Part shown: in pieces, positions 51,060 to 62,859 of the stretch | Layout: every line of letters begins with the position of its first letter | How positions within the stretch are numbered: position 1 is the stretch's first letter | Assembly: GCA_032718475.1 (NCBI GenBank) | Contig: JAUCBJ010005181.1 | Coordinates: 1 to 64,000 of the forward strand | Direction: 5' to 3' | Length of the DNA: 64,000 bases | DNA from: Nemertoderma westbladi | Lineage: Eukaryota; Animalia; Xenacoelomorpha | Program-made: the position numbers and the translations under genes | Notes under the pieces: model-generated | Told to the model about the DNA's origin: nothing | The model's database searches: none | What the model saw: the letters and a program-made list of their open reading frames with translations, nothing else

Positions 51060-54000
51060 CACACCCACTCCAGACACTGTTACGTTGGGGAGTCCCTAAA
51101 TGTTTGTTGGATTAGGGAGGTGGTCGTGGGAAGAGTATCTTGCCTTCCATAGTTTCCGGACAGTTCTCTGTCTCTTTCCAGTAAACATAAACGACCAACT
51201 GGGCGATTGAGCTGCTGTGTCTCGAAGACAATTCCCGGTTTCTTAAAGTTACGTCGCATGACGACGAGTTCTACCGATCGCACCAAACCATCATCCGAGA
51301 TATGAGTCTCGATGATACGACCTATCTGCCACCGCTCTAGGTGAGAGTCCCTGCGAGACGTCTGGTGTTCCAGATTTCCAGTCTCTCTCTCTGATTTCCA
51401 CGACAGGCTTATTTGTGGTGGGGGAGTTTAGATCCACAGCGTCGTCCCCGGAAATGTGTAGTACAGACAGATCTATCACGGGTTTAAATAACTTTGATTT
51501 ACTCGTCCGGGTTTTAGGTTTGACTTTCTCCGCTCCCTTGGCTTGTCTAATCTCAGCCGTGGTAAGATGAGGAGCCATTCATCTTCTTCTTTACTTAGGA
51601 AGTCGGGTCCACCTAACCAGTCCGGAGTATCTATCAGTTCTTGAGGAGTTGCTCCTCTGGAGGCGATGTCGGCTGGATTAATCATCCCAGGGCAATGTCT
51701 CCATTGATCTACCTTAGTGCGACTAAGTATAATGGCTACTCTGTTGGTAACGAAGACGCTGAACTGACAGACTTCATTGGTTATATACTCCAAAACGAGT
51801 AAAGCATCAGTCCAATAGACAGTTTTCTCCAGTGGATAGTCGATCTGTTCTGTTACATTCCGGCCGATGGCTGTAGCGTATAGAGCCACCTTTAACTCCG
51901 CTCGAGGAACTCGTAGTTTGTTGTTTACCAAGGCCTTAGAAGTAACCAAGGCGACTTTAATTCCATCCGGAGTTTCAACTCTCAAGTAGGCTACTATACC
52001 TATTCCCATATTGCTGACGTCTCCAAACACATGGAGTTGATAGGAATACGTGGGGAGAACGTGACCAAAATAGGAACGGGAAATCGTAAAGTTCTCGATG
52101 GATGGCAGAGAATCTTCCCATTTCATCCACTTCTTTAGCAGTTCTCCCTTAAGTGGATCGTCCCACGAGTGGTTTTCAAGCCACATTTGTTGCACTAAGC
52201 TCCGAGCAACCAATATAACTGGGCTAATAAATCCCAATGGATCAAAATAAGTGCTCAGGATACTTAGACAAATCCATTTAGTTCGAATTGGATTATCTCG
52301 CTGTTTTAGCTGGAAAAACAGGATATCTCTCTCCGTGTCCCATTTCAAACCAAGCGTCTTGGTTTCTGGAAGATCGTCTTTGATTAGGTCCAGGTCTTTA
52401 ACTCCTCGGTCTTCTACCGGGATCGATTCCAGAAACTCACGGGAGTTACTTGTGAATTTAGTTAGTCGAAATCCACCACGTTTCAAACACTCTACCATTC
52501 CCTTGGCAACATCAATGGCTTCTTCCACCGATGGGAGGGACTTTAAATTATCGTCCATGTATATATCCCGTTTGATGTTGTCGATAACCGCTTTAGAGAA
52601 GGCGTCTCGGTTGTCATCAGCAGTGGTGCGCACTACTGAACAGGCGTTCGAGGGGCTCGAGATGATCCCAAAAGCCTGGATGGTCATCCAGTACTCCACC
52701 GGTTTTTGATTGAGGTCTCCTTCAGGCCACCACAGAAATCGTAGGCTGTCTCGATCCCTATCCAGCGCCTTAACTTGTAAGAACATGCCTTCTATATCCG
52801 AGGCGAAGGCGATCGAATATTGCCGTAATCTTAAGAGTATTCCCAACAAGGATTGGAGTAAGTTGGGTCCCGGCAACAACTCAGAGTTAAGGGATTGGCC
52901 CATGTAAAGGGCGGAGCCGTCAAATACTACCCGAACTTCGTTGGGTTTACCGGGTTTGGGAACGTAATGATGGGTTAGATAATACGTTCTCTCAGTTATG
53001 GGTGTTTCTTCTGGTACTCGCTCCGCATATCCCTTATCGATGAATTTCTTCAGCTGGGTCTTGTACATCTCTTTAGCTGAAGCATTTGCCGTAAGGCGCC
53101 GATGTAGTTGCGCGATTCTCTTCTCCGCCAAAGGTCGGTTATTTATAAAGTTGGGTTCTCGCCTTCGGAATGGCAGACCAATCTCATACCTCCCTTGATC
53201 TCTAAGGAAACGTGTAGTCGTTTCCTGGATCTGCTTGGCTCTTTCCTCCTCGACCGATAGTGCTTTGTCGTAGGAATTAGGCTCTACAGCTTCTTGAGTA
53301 AAGAATCGTACGGCGTGTTCGTCGCGAATCTTAGCGTTGTGTCGAGTTTGCACTTGGTGCACTTGGTTTCTCCAAGCTTCACTTTCAGTGAGGAGGTCGA
53401 TTGTATTTTCCTCGTCAAATAATTGGGTAATATCGTCGTTATCTGAGGAGTATGGTGTTCCCTCAGGTGTGATTTCTCCCTCACTGATTTCTTCTTCCCA
53501 TTCACTCACCTGATGTATTTGTTCAGTGGGTAATCTTTCCATGAGCGTTCTACGGGAAGGTCCAGTGAAGTACCAACCTACTCTAGTTCTTCCCGCATAG
53601 GTTTGCAATGGTTGCGGTCGAGCAGGTCGTTTCTCTAATGTCTCAAGCGCCTCATGCGCATTTTGGCCAATCAATATTTGCACCCATGGGTAGTCGGTGT
53701 TGAATCTAGGGATATTATGTTGCTGGGTAAAATCGTCTTCATCCCAGTTGTAAGGTTCTACTTGGCTGGTAGCAAAGTTCTTTATCGCCACCATTTTTAC
53801 TGACCTTATGCTGTGTTCTCCTAGTTCGTCTTGGGGAGTGGACAACGCGCCTACATAGTAGTCTGTAGCTACTGTAGATTTCCAAACCTGCATAATTCCT
53901 GAAAGGTTCAACTTAGTTCGGAACTTGGGTTGTCCAGCAAAGATGTCTTCGGCTAGTTCTTTGTCGATGAATGTTCCTGTGCTGCCGGAGTCCAGGAGGG

Positions 54001-57000
54001 CGTTGACTATAAAACTCTTACCTAATCCGTGGACTCTTAGCTGAACTACGGGGAATTCCCGGATTCCGATGTTGGAAGTTGGCGCTTTCCAAGATAGTTG
54101 TCTGTCAGGAATAACCGGGTGCGCTTTGTTATCGGTTTCAGTCTCATACGTAAGCGCTCGGTACACCGCGGTGTTTATCATATAACAGGATTCGTTTTCG
54201 TCGGAGAATTCATCCGTATAAAATCCTTCCATCTCAGAACTTTGGTCAGTGTCGTTCACATCACTGAATTGGACATGTAGTTCGGACTCACTTACCTGAC
54301 TCGGGCTGTTTCTTTCAAATTCGGTGTGCAGCAAGATATGATGTTTCGCGCCGCACTTAGCACACCTCGCGTCGGAGTAACAGGTTCGCCGTTGGTGTCC
54401 TTGTCTGAGACAATTATAACACAACCTCTTATCCCACATGACTTCGCGTCTATCCTTTAAGGATTTCTTTAAGAATTCATCACACACACTTAAACGATGG
54501 GGACCGTCACACAATGCACATTTTGGTTTGATGTTACTTACTTTACCTTGGGTAGTGTTGTGCACACTCGTTCTTTCCTCGGGCTTTCTTCCCTGAATTC
54601 TCTTAGGAGACGTAGGAGGAGTTTTTGTTACCTGTTCTCTCCTGTCACTGGTTTGAGACTTAAATTTACTTACGTCTTTAGGTGCTTTGTTGACATAGTA
54701 AGATCTTTCGGTGTCTTTCCCGCTGTTCTCCTCTTGAGAGGTTTGGCTTTCGCCGTCGTCTGTATAACACACTGGTGTTACCTTTCTCCTAGAAACGGGT
54801 TTTTCACTCACCTTATTTTCCGGTGTCTTCTCTCAGGACTGCTTTAGGAGCTGTAATTTTACCTCTCCATCTAAAAATGACATGAGATCAGTCATGGTAG
54901 GGTCTCTTTGTTGTTGTTCCATCATATATAGAACTCTTTTGTCCCAACGAGTACCTACTCCACCCTTTGGCAAGGTAGATGCTACAGCTCCAATAACCAT
55001 AGAACTCTGATATTCATGAGACTTACCTAGCCAATCTAATTGTCTACAGATCTCCTGGATCTCATCGGAAAATTCTATAATCCCACTGCTAAGAAACTTT
55101 CGGGGCGCTACCAATTTCGCATACAAATACCTAGCTATGTTAGTCCTATTACCATACCTGATGTTTAGTGTATCCCAAACTTGTCTTAATCCATCTGGAT
55201 GTCCAATAAACTTTAATGCCATTAACTTGGGAGATCCTTCCAAGCACTCGATGATGAATCTAAGTTTCTCTCCGTTAGATAGCACAGAGTTCTGTATGTT
55301 ATCTTTATAATATTCATTAAAAGGTAACCATTTCATCTCATCTCCGTTGAACTTGACGACTTTGACGCGTAAAACTTTCTTGGGCCATCGTATTATTTAA
55401 TATCGAGTTAGATCGGTATATAAATTTCTCGGATTATGATCAGGTCTATATGGAATATCATTATCAACAGTTTTATAATTACCCTTAATAGGGTTTACTA
55501 TAGGAGTTTCTACTTCACTAGCAGTATAGATGCGTGTAGGCTCCACACCTTGCGCATGAAATACTTCAGACCTAACAGGTTGACACATTGTTACAGGGGG
55601 TGGTGGTATACCCCTTTGTATATTTACTAATTTATCGCGTTCTAACACGATACTCTGCTGCACTTCTTGCAACTCTAACCTACCTTCTCTTACTGTTCCC
55701 TTTAACTGTTGAACAGTCCCTTCCATCTCTCGGACCTGCTGGGAGGAACGCAATCGATTTTCCTCCAATTGTCCGAGCAGGAGATCCATTCCCCGCCATC
55801 GCTCATCCACCCCCTCTACCGCCAAAGCGGGAGCCAGCAACATAGTAGCGGGTAGACGAGGGACGACGGGCGACAAATCATTGATGTCTCGCTCGGCGTC
55901 CAGGACTGGGACAGATTCAGGGGCCATTCTACAGGGCACAGGTAATTTAGTACTGTGCAAAGGGAATTTAGAGTTCGGTTCTGGAAGTACAGGGGTCTCT
56001 ATCACAGAGGGAGTGGCTTCGAGAACAGGCCTAATTATTTCAGGCTCATCTACTATAGTAGGGAGTCTTTCTACTCTAATAATTTGGTCTGTGGGTTCTG
56101 TACTACCTAAGTCTACACTAACTAGTTGCCTTCTCACAGCTGGGGGCAAATTAGGCAATTTCTGACGGTGGGGCGTTCTTCTACGTCAGCTGGAAAGAGA
56201 TCTATTTCCTCCACCTTCAGGATCTGTCATATCGCCTTCATCAGATGATGTAAATCCCTGTCTCTTGGGAGTAGATCGACTTATCATCTGCATATGACTA
56301 GCTGTTATCTGTTTATTTAAGTAGTCTTGCTTCTCTTGAAGATTTTCCAACTCTAGTTGGGTTGTCTCTTCAGATGCCCTCCGTTTTGTTTCCGCCACCG
56401 CCACTGCCGCCTTTCTTTCCACTTCTGCAGCTACTGCTGTCGCTTTTCTTTCCGCCTCTGCCGCTTTTCTTTCCGCTTCTGCAGCTGCTGCTGCCGCTTT
56501 TCTTTCAGCCTCTATCGCTGCCGCTTCCTGTCTGTCTTCTATCTGTTTTTTCTTTAGCTGTTTTTTCTTGGACCCTAACGATGCGGATTCTTTCATCAAA
56601 TCTAGCTCGATCCACTGCTAACCTTTCCGCATCTAATGAGTCTAGCACAAATTTGGCTCCCTCACTATTAGGGTGAAGTCCAGCTAGCCATCTCCTTAAC
56701 TCTTTGTCTCCTATAAATCGTTGATAGTCTGACAGATAGATGTCAATGGCATCCTTCTTCTGAGGTTTCTCTGATGTCGCTTCGCTTTCCACCTGAGAAA
56801 AGGTAGCGTCTGTTGATTCTCCGTGGGTCGAGCGCTCAGTTAGCTGAATTTTCCATTGGGTCATTCCTAGGACTTTAAGACTCACCCGTTGGAACGAAGT
56901 ATTTACGGCAACTTGCAATGACGTGTCTTGGCTTCTCTTCGAGGCTTCCTCAAAGGCTGAAAGGATTAGTCTGATTCTTAGGATTCGTTCTCGAACTTGA

Positions 57001-57707
57001 TAAAGCAGCTCTCCCTGCTCTTGAGGTCCCTGGGGTTGTTGGAACAGTTGTTCCTCTAATCGCTCCAAAGAGCTGAAGAATCCCTGTACATATCCGGCTG
57101 CCGACCTCTTCCACACAGCTGGATCTCTAGTGTCCTTTACCACTCCCATCCTGTATAAGTCCTCCCAGGCAGCTTCCGATAAGTTAAACAGGAGTCCAGG
57201 TCCGGGGAAGTTCCATTGCGTCTCGACAATAGACTTCAGTTCCTCCTTTGTGTATCCCGCATAACTGTCCTTGGTCGATCGCTTACTTCTCGCCCAATCG
57301 ATTTGATGTTCCTCCACCGCAATCAATACTCTAGTGAGTACGGCTTCAGGAAGAATGAGAAGTGGATCCGAATAAACCGCTTCTGCTATCTTTGCTCCAC
57401 ACTCGGGTGTCAACTCTACAGTATCTGAACTACTGGAGCTATCGGGCCACTGAGAAATAAGTTCTCGGTTCGGGTGTTGCTGCTGTTTAACAGCTGCCTC
57501 TTGGTCCCGTTTGACTTGAGCCCGAGTGCCTATGATAGACCTATGATGCTTTACTAGCCTAGGATCTGATACTACTACTGGAGGGATGACCTTTCTTACA
57601 GTAGGAGGGGACTTGAACTTTGGTCTCAGATGTTCCGCACTCCTATCTGAATCGCAGACTGTTGTTTCTAGGAGACTATCTGACAGAGTTTGCTTTGTGT
57701 CAGCCAT
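51060..57707 (-). mobile_element. BEL/Pao LTR retrotransposon internal region: gag in frameshifted pieces (57707-54833), gag-pol ORF 54811-51476 (knuckles, PR, RT, RNase H), integrase core missing
   Basis: Triple zinc knuckle; LLDSGSTGT; RVVFDGSA, DIEGMFLQV and YMDD (RT); LHVFGD, PRAEL, WTD, NPADIASRG (RNase H); terminal WQIGRIIETHISDDGLVRSVEL..RPVGRLCLLE. Confidence 0.93.
51476..54811 (-). CDS. BEL/Pao gag-pol polyprotein fragment (1111 aa)
   Basis: Knuckle, protease, RT and RNase H motifs in BEL/Pao order. Confidence 0.9.
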   Translation of the reverse strand: MSEKPVSRRKVTPVCYTDDGESQTSQEENSGKDTERSYYVNKAPKDVSKFKSQTSDRREQVTKTPPTSPKRIQGRKPEERTSVHNTTQGKVSNIKPKCALCDGPHRLSVCDEFLKKSLKDRREVMWDKRLCYNCLRQGHQRRTCYSDARCAKCGAKHHILLHTEFERNSPSQVSESELHVQFSDVNDTDQSSEMEGFYTDEFSDENESCYMINTAVYRALTYETETDNKAHPVIPDRQLSWKAPTSNIGIREFPVVQLRVHGLGKSFIVNALLDSGSTGTFIDKELAEDIFAGQPKFRTKLNLSGIMQVWKSTVATDYYVGALSTPQDELGEHSIRSVKMVAIKNFATSQVEPYNWDEDDFTQQHNIPRFNTDYPWVQILIGQNAHEALETLEKRPARPQPLQTYAGRTRVGWYFTGPSRRTLMERLPTEQIHQVSEWEEEISEGEITPEGTPYSSDNDDITQLFDEENTIDLLTESEAWRNQVHQVQTRHNAKIRDEHAVRFFTQEAVEPNSYDKALSVEEERAKQIQETTTRFLRDQGRYEIGLPFRRREPNFINNRPLAEKRIAQLHRRLTANASAKEMYKTQLKKFIDKGYAERVPEETPITERTYYLTHHYVPKPGKPNEVRVVFDGSALYMGQSLNSELLPGPNLLQSLLGILLRLRQYSIAFASDIEGMFLQVKALDRDRDSLRFLWWPEGDLNQKPVEYWMTIQAFGIISSPSNACSVVRTTADDNRDAFSKAVIDNIKRDIYMDDNLKSLPSVEEAIDVAKGMVECLKRGGFRLTKFTSNSREFLESIPVEDRGVKDLDLIKDDLPETKTLGLKWDTERDILFFQLKQRDNPIRTKWICLSILSTYFDPLGFISPVILVARSLVQQMWLENHSWDDPLKGELLKKWMKWEDSLPSIENFTISRSYFGHVLPTYSYQLHVFGDVSNMGIGIVAYLRVETPDGIKVALVTSKALVNNKLRVPRAELKVALYATAIGRNVTEQIDYPLEKTVYWTDALLVLEYITNEVCQFSVFVTNRVAIILSRTKVDQWRHCPGMINPADIASRGATPQELIDTPDWLGGPDFLSKEEDEWLLILPRLRLDKPRERRKSNLKPGRVNQSYLNP

Positions 57708-59613
57708 GTTTGATTGTACAGTTGAATGCCTACTACTATAACGACAGTTAAAGCAAATCTAGTAATTTAGTATTAACTGTAAGCCTAGTAATTAATTACC
57801 GATATCGTTACTCAATGTAACGCGATATATATAATATATTAGAATACCGGTATACACTTATAGTATATATATAAGTATTAATATAGACTAGGGTTTGTCA
57901 CAGAATACCGGTATATAATTTCAGCATAAATTTATATAAATATATATAATGAGCCTACTATAAATACCAGTATACAGCATACACTTATAGTATATATAAG
58001 TATGATTATAGACTAGAATTAATTACAGAATACCGGTATATAATTTCAGCTTAAATTTATAGAAATAAATATAATAAGCCTATCGTAAATACCGGTATGT
58101 CAATTATTTTATAATAACTGAATTTCTGAATTTTAGGGTTACTTTTCTTTACTTTATTACTGTTATTAAGCAGTAGTCAAACTGATATTAAGACCTAATT
58201 GATGGATAACAGGCCTACTATTTTATAAATCGGTTTGAGTTGATTTATAATATATATATACCCGTATAATGTGTTTTTGTCAATGTTTGAAATAAATGTT
58301 ATTATTTCTGGTAAGGAGTCACTACACAGAAGCTGAACGCTCTCAGTGGAGTGCTACTTGTTGGACACTAAAACAAATAATTCTACTTGACTAAGTTACT
58401 TATTACTACAAATTACATACAATTACTGTGTGAGATTACAATCTCTAAATAAACACAAAAAATTACACATACAAATTTCAGGGTAATTTTACAGGAAATC
58501 TACAAACCAGCCTAACAAGGAGTTAGAATTTCTGGTTCTTACAAACGGACAGGAAACTACGGTATTTGAAAATAATTAAGCAGTAGTAAATAAATTGCGT
58601 TGTCCAGATAAGAAAATACCACCGTCTGACGACTTATAGTCTTTAGCTCTACAGCTCTATAAGTACTACGTTATGTACCCGGAGTGTCCTTACCTAGAAG
58701 TTAATTACCGCAGCCAACCAGAGCTAACGTGCCTATTAACCACTTTACAACACAAATATACTGCCTATACACTAATTACCTTCGGAAAGTACTGTACACT
58801 AAACCCTAAATTAGGTACAAGTACTTATACAACAAATAACCAGCAGTTAAATATACTTGTACAGCTAAAAGAACCACGGTATCTGCTGGAGTGACTAGAG
58901 CATAAAATCACCAGTCTTTACCTACGCCAAGCAGCCCTGATGTAGTACCGGGGTTAATTTAACTATAACGGTATGTATAACAAGCACAATTACTGTAGGA
59001 ATAAACTTAGGGAGTTATGTAGGTTGCGAATACTCGAATAGACTCTGAATAATAAATATTACGCTATCCGTGCAGACTATACAAACAAAATACAGACCAA
59101 ACGTTGGCAGACTACTATCAAGCCTAAATAAACTACAGTATATGCAGACTCCAAAATGGTTAGTTAGTAGGCGTTCTAACCGAGTAGTATGACTTATTCT
59201 TTCGGGGGGGATTTACCTTACAGCACTGGATGCCCCCACCTTCCTAACTAGTACTTTATCGGACATACACTCTACACACACTGCAATCTCTTCAGACTTA
59301 ACAACAGTCAGACAACAATCCAGCCTACAAATTATTTATACAATCTGAGCAGGCTTACACGCCTTCTGCTCAATATTACACTTACATATAAATAAAACTG
59401 ACAGAAATAAGTAAAATCCCAATAAAAAACCAGGGCGGCCGTCCCTGATTAAATATCAAGACCTACCGGTATATAATTATCAAAATCGAATAATACTGCT
59501 GTATATGTAAGTACCGGTTCGGGTAGTCGGGCAGTTAGGCCTACAGCTTACCGTTCGACCGGTACTTTCGACTTTATTGCCTACGGTGCAATAAAGAATC
59601 TAAAATCTATTAT

Positions 59614-60751
59614 TGTTCGCGCTTTCAGACCTTTAGCAGTTTAACCTGCCAATTTTAGGTGTCCTCTTGTTTATAAATCGACTTTAGCCTATAACAATTA
59701 TTTAGTACACATGAAGTAACATTAGCCGAAGCCAGTCTATGCGCGATCATTCACCCACAGTGTAGGGAGACTGGATTCGGGTGCTTTGAATTTATTGCGT
59801 TGCAGACCTACTGTATTATTCGATTGATTGTTACTATATAATCTCTGACAATATTATTCACTTTCGGGGAAATATTAACAGTTCCTTTGGGACGTGGCGC
59901 TTTAAGTATAAAACAGAGTTATGACTTATACTAAACACAACGAGATGGCTACTGATTTTCGTAAATAGCGCATTCTTTAGGAGATGCTTTATTATCTGTC
60001 ACACTGCTGCATACGACTTCACACTGCTGCACACTGATCTGCCGATATTCACTGAATTTGACCATATATAAGGAGGATAGCAACTGACACATGTAGGGAT
60101 TATGAAATAGCATTTAATTCACACTAAAACCACTATAATGTAAGTCGCAATTGCTACCGGTAACAGGTCCCTCTTACCTTCAGTAATCAAGAAGATTGGG
60201 GTTTTATGATTATTTATCGATATTCTCCAAATATAACAACATATCCATCAACATATAACAATTAATAACAGACAGTAAACAGCAATGTTTCAGGTCAGAT
60301 GTGTGACCGTAGTTTGACAAGTTGACAGGATAATAGATTTACGTTCTTATAATCAAAGCCGTCTAATGTTGGCCAAAGTCTGAAACTTCTAACACAGAAG
60401 TACAGAAGAATTTCCAAGTAGTTGTTCTCGCTCAGAAAGGTAAACAAAGACCGTAATGCATTGCGCGGTTTTCCGTAGGCCTCTGTGCAAGATAAAATGA
60501 AAATCGCTCTGATTGGCTGAGCGATCTGAACAAAGAGGTTCCACATCGACAGTAAATCAGCTGACAGATTTCGTCATCTGAACTACAATCTATTTAGAGT
60601 ATTAGCGCATTGCGGCATAAAATGGCTTGTTATGTCCGCTAAAACACCTACAGGGTACATTGAGGAGAAAATGGCTTGTAATGTCCACTAAAACAACTGA
60701 ACAGTTCACTGCGGCGAAAAACGACTGGTTATATCCGCAAAAGCTTTTACA
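59614..60751 (-). mobile_element. LTR homologous to the solo LTR at 7187-8449
   Basis: Same TGTTCGCG...TTTTACA termini; flanks ATTAT and AAGTG are not a TSD; contains ~46-bp internal repeats. Confidence 0.85.
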
Positions 60752-62859
60752 AAGTGGGTGGTGTGTTCTTCCATCCTGGGGTAGTTATCTTAATCGGTTA
60801 CGAGAATGAGCTCCTGGTACGATTGAAACATCCGTTCATATCGGTGGAGGGTATTCCTGATCTTCTGGAGCTGAGTTTGTATATCACTGAGGGGGGTCTT
60901 GACTCCTTTTAGCTGTTTCTCGAAATGGTTATAGGCCCGAGTAACCCCGCCCTTGAGAGCACCCAACCGACGTGCCACGTTCTTTACATTCGGGACCTCG
61001 TCGGTTTATGAGTCTATATGAGGAACTGTTCCTTCAGTATCGTAGGCATTGTCCTCCATCATTCTAGACCTTCATTTATCGACAGGTATGCAATATCATA
61101 AAATAGCTCGTTGTATGTCTCATATTCTGCCTGAACCACTCGGGGGGTGATTCTAAATCGTCCCACGTTGGTTCCCTGTACCTCAACTCTATCTGCCAGA
61201 TTCCTGGTTCGACTTGTATTAGATCAATGGGTGTGATTGATAATTCTATTCCCTGCTAACGACTCTCTTCTAATGACCTGCCGACTACGACTTCTAGACT
61301 GTTTGTGTTGAGTTTGTGCATTAATTAAACCATGACTTTTTCTCAAATCAAATACCAGAGTTTCCTCGTAGTGGGTGCTGGTTAAGCACGTAGAGAGTTT
61401 GAAGAACACTTGCGGCTGTTCAATTCCCAACTTCCACCAGTTGAAATTGGCCGCGTATTATTCTCAACTTTGTTGCCGTTATTCCCGACACCAGGGGGGG
61501 AAACGCCGATGCTGGAGGTGGAACTTTCAGACCGCTATGTCCCGGCCAGTCACCGGATATTGGGAGTGGAGAAGGACGTTGTCTTAAATGCAGAGTAGAA
61601 AAGGAGTTTTGTTGGTTGGATATTAATCTTTATTTGATCGACACTCTGAACTCTAATTTGCACTCTGAAATATTGCACTCTGTTACACTCTGATTGAGAA
61701 TAATTTGGGCTTCCCCACACCAATATACCAAATATTCACAATAATACACAATATGAAATTCCTACAGTAAATTATTTAATTACCCTACTGTTTGCTTAAC
61801 TTTCAGATTTTGACCTAACTAATGTTCCCCATTTTCCCTCAGTCCTAGTCCCGGTACAGTAGTGTCAGCATCGGTCGATTCTTTGCTTGTCTGCTCCACC
61901 CTTCCTGATCCCATACGGGTCAGTCATTAGGAAAGCGGCGCGGCTTAGCTAGGGATTCTGTCGGTTCGTCGCAGGGTCCCAACTACCTATGCTTACCGAC
62001 TCCAGGCTCCAGGCGCTTTCAGGCTCGTAATCACATTAGTAGTCGAGAACCCACTCCGAATAGTCGGTTTGCCAGTAAAGTCTGGTCCTCTGTCTTTCGA
62101 CCCTGTCGCATGTCCATCCCACCCTTCCCCATCCCTAACAGGATCGGTCCTCAGGAAAGCGGTACGGCTTAGCTAGGGGTCTGTCAGCCCGTTGTGAGCC
62201 CCAACTGTCGGAGCTTTCCGAGTTCTTTTCAGGCTCGTACTAACGCCAGTCGTGGAGCCCACGCCAGGAAGTCAGTCCTCGTTGAACCCTTCCTTTCCGT
62301 CCAGTCATCGGCCCTTCATAAATCCCCGGCTTATCGAACGGCGTCCGAGTCCTTTTCAGGCTCAGTCGTCGCCAACAACCAGGAACCGTTCCAGACCTGT
62401 CAGTCGATTCTTCGCAAGTCCCCAATGCGAAAACTCCGCCCGAGTCCTTTTCAGGCTCAGTCGTAGCCAACGCACCAGGAACCACTTAGGATCTGTCGGT
62501 CCCTTCGCAAATCCCTAGCACATCGAGAAACGCCCGAGTCCTTTTCAGGCTCAGTCGCCACTGATGGCCAGGGACCGCTAAGGGCAGTCCTTGTCCCCAG
62601 ACCTAGCGGGTTACCGACTACCGAAGTAGGTTGTCTAGGCCTATAGTAACTATCAGGCAACTCTGACAGCCGAGAGTTTTGCTTGATTTTACCCCCCACC
62701 CATGGTCCCCCCCCGTTTTTTCCCCCTAGGTCGCCCCCAGTCTATTGAATATACCCAAATTTTGTGTTCCCGCACCCACCACTGATATTGGCACATTCAT
62801 AAAATAAGAAATCGAAAAATATGTAACTCGCGTTATGATAACTTAAAATAACGCGAACA
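60752..62859 (-). mobile_element. Truncated further LTR element: LTR-like region with diverged internal repeats and a gag N-terminal fragment
   Basis: Minus strand starts TGTTCGCG at 62859; AATAAA near 61630; RRLGALKGGVTRAYNHF resembles BEL gag N-termini. Confidence 0.5.

Noticed and set aside
7187-60751. The two similar LTRs as ends of one 53-kb element
   Set aside because: The left copy has its own TSD on both sides (solo LTR), and host genes lie between them
62216-62560. CRISPR-like repeat-spacer appearance or hammerhead ribozyme
   Set aside because: Spacers are related to each other and irregular in length, there are no cas genes and the context is eukaryotic; no CUGANGA/GAAA hammerhead core with proper stems
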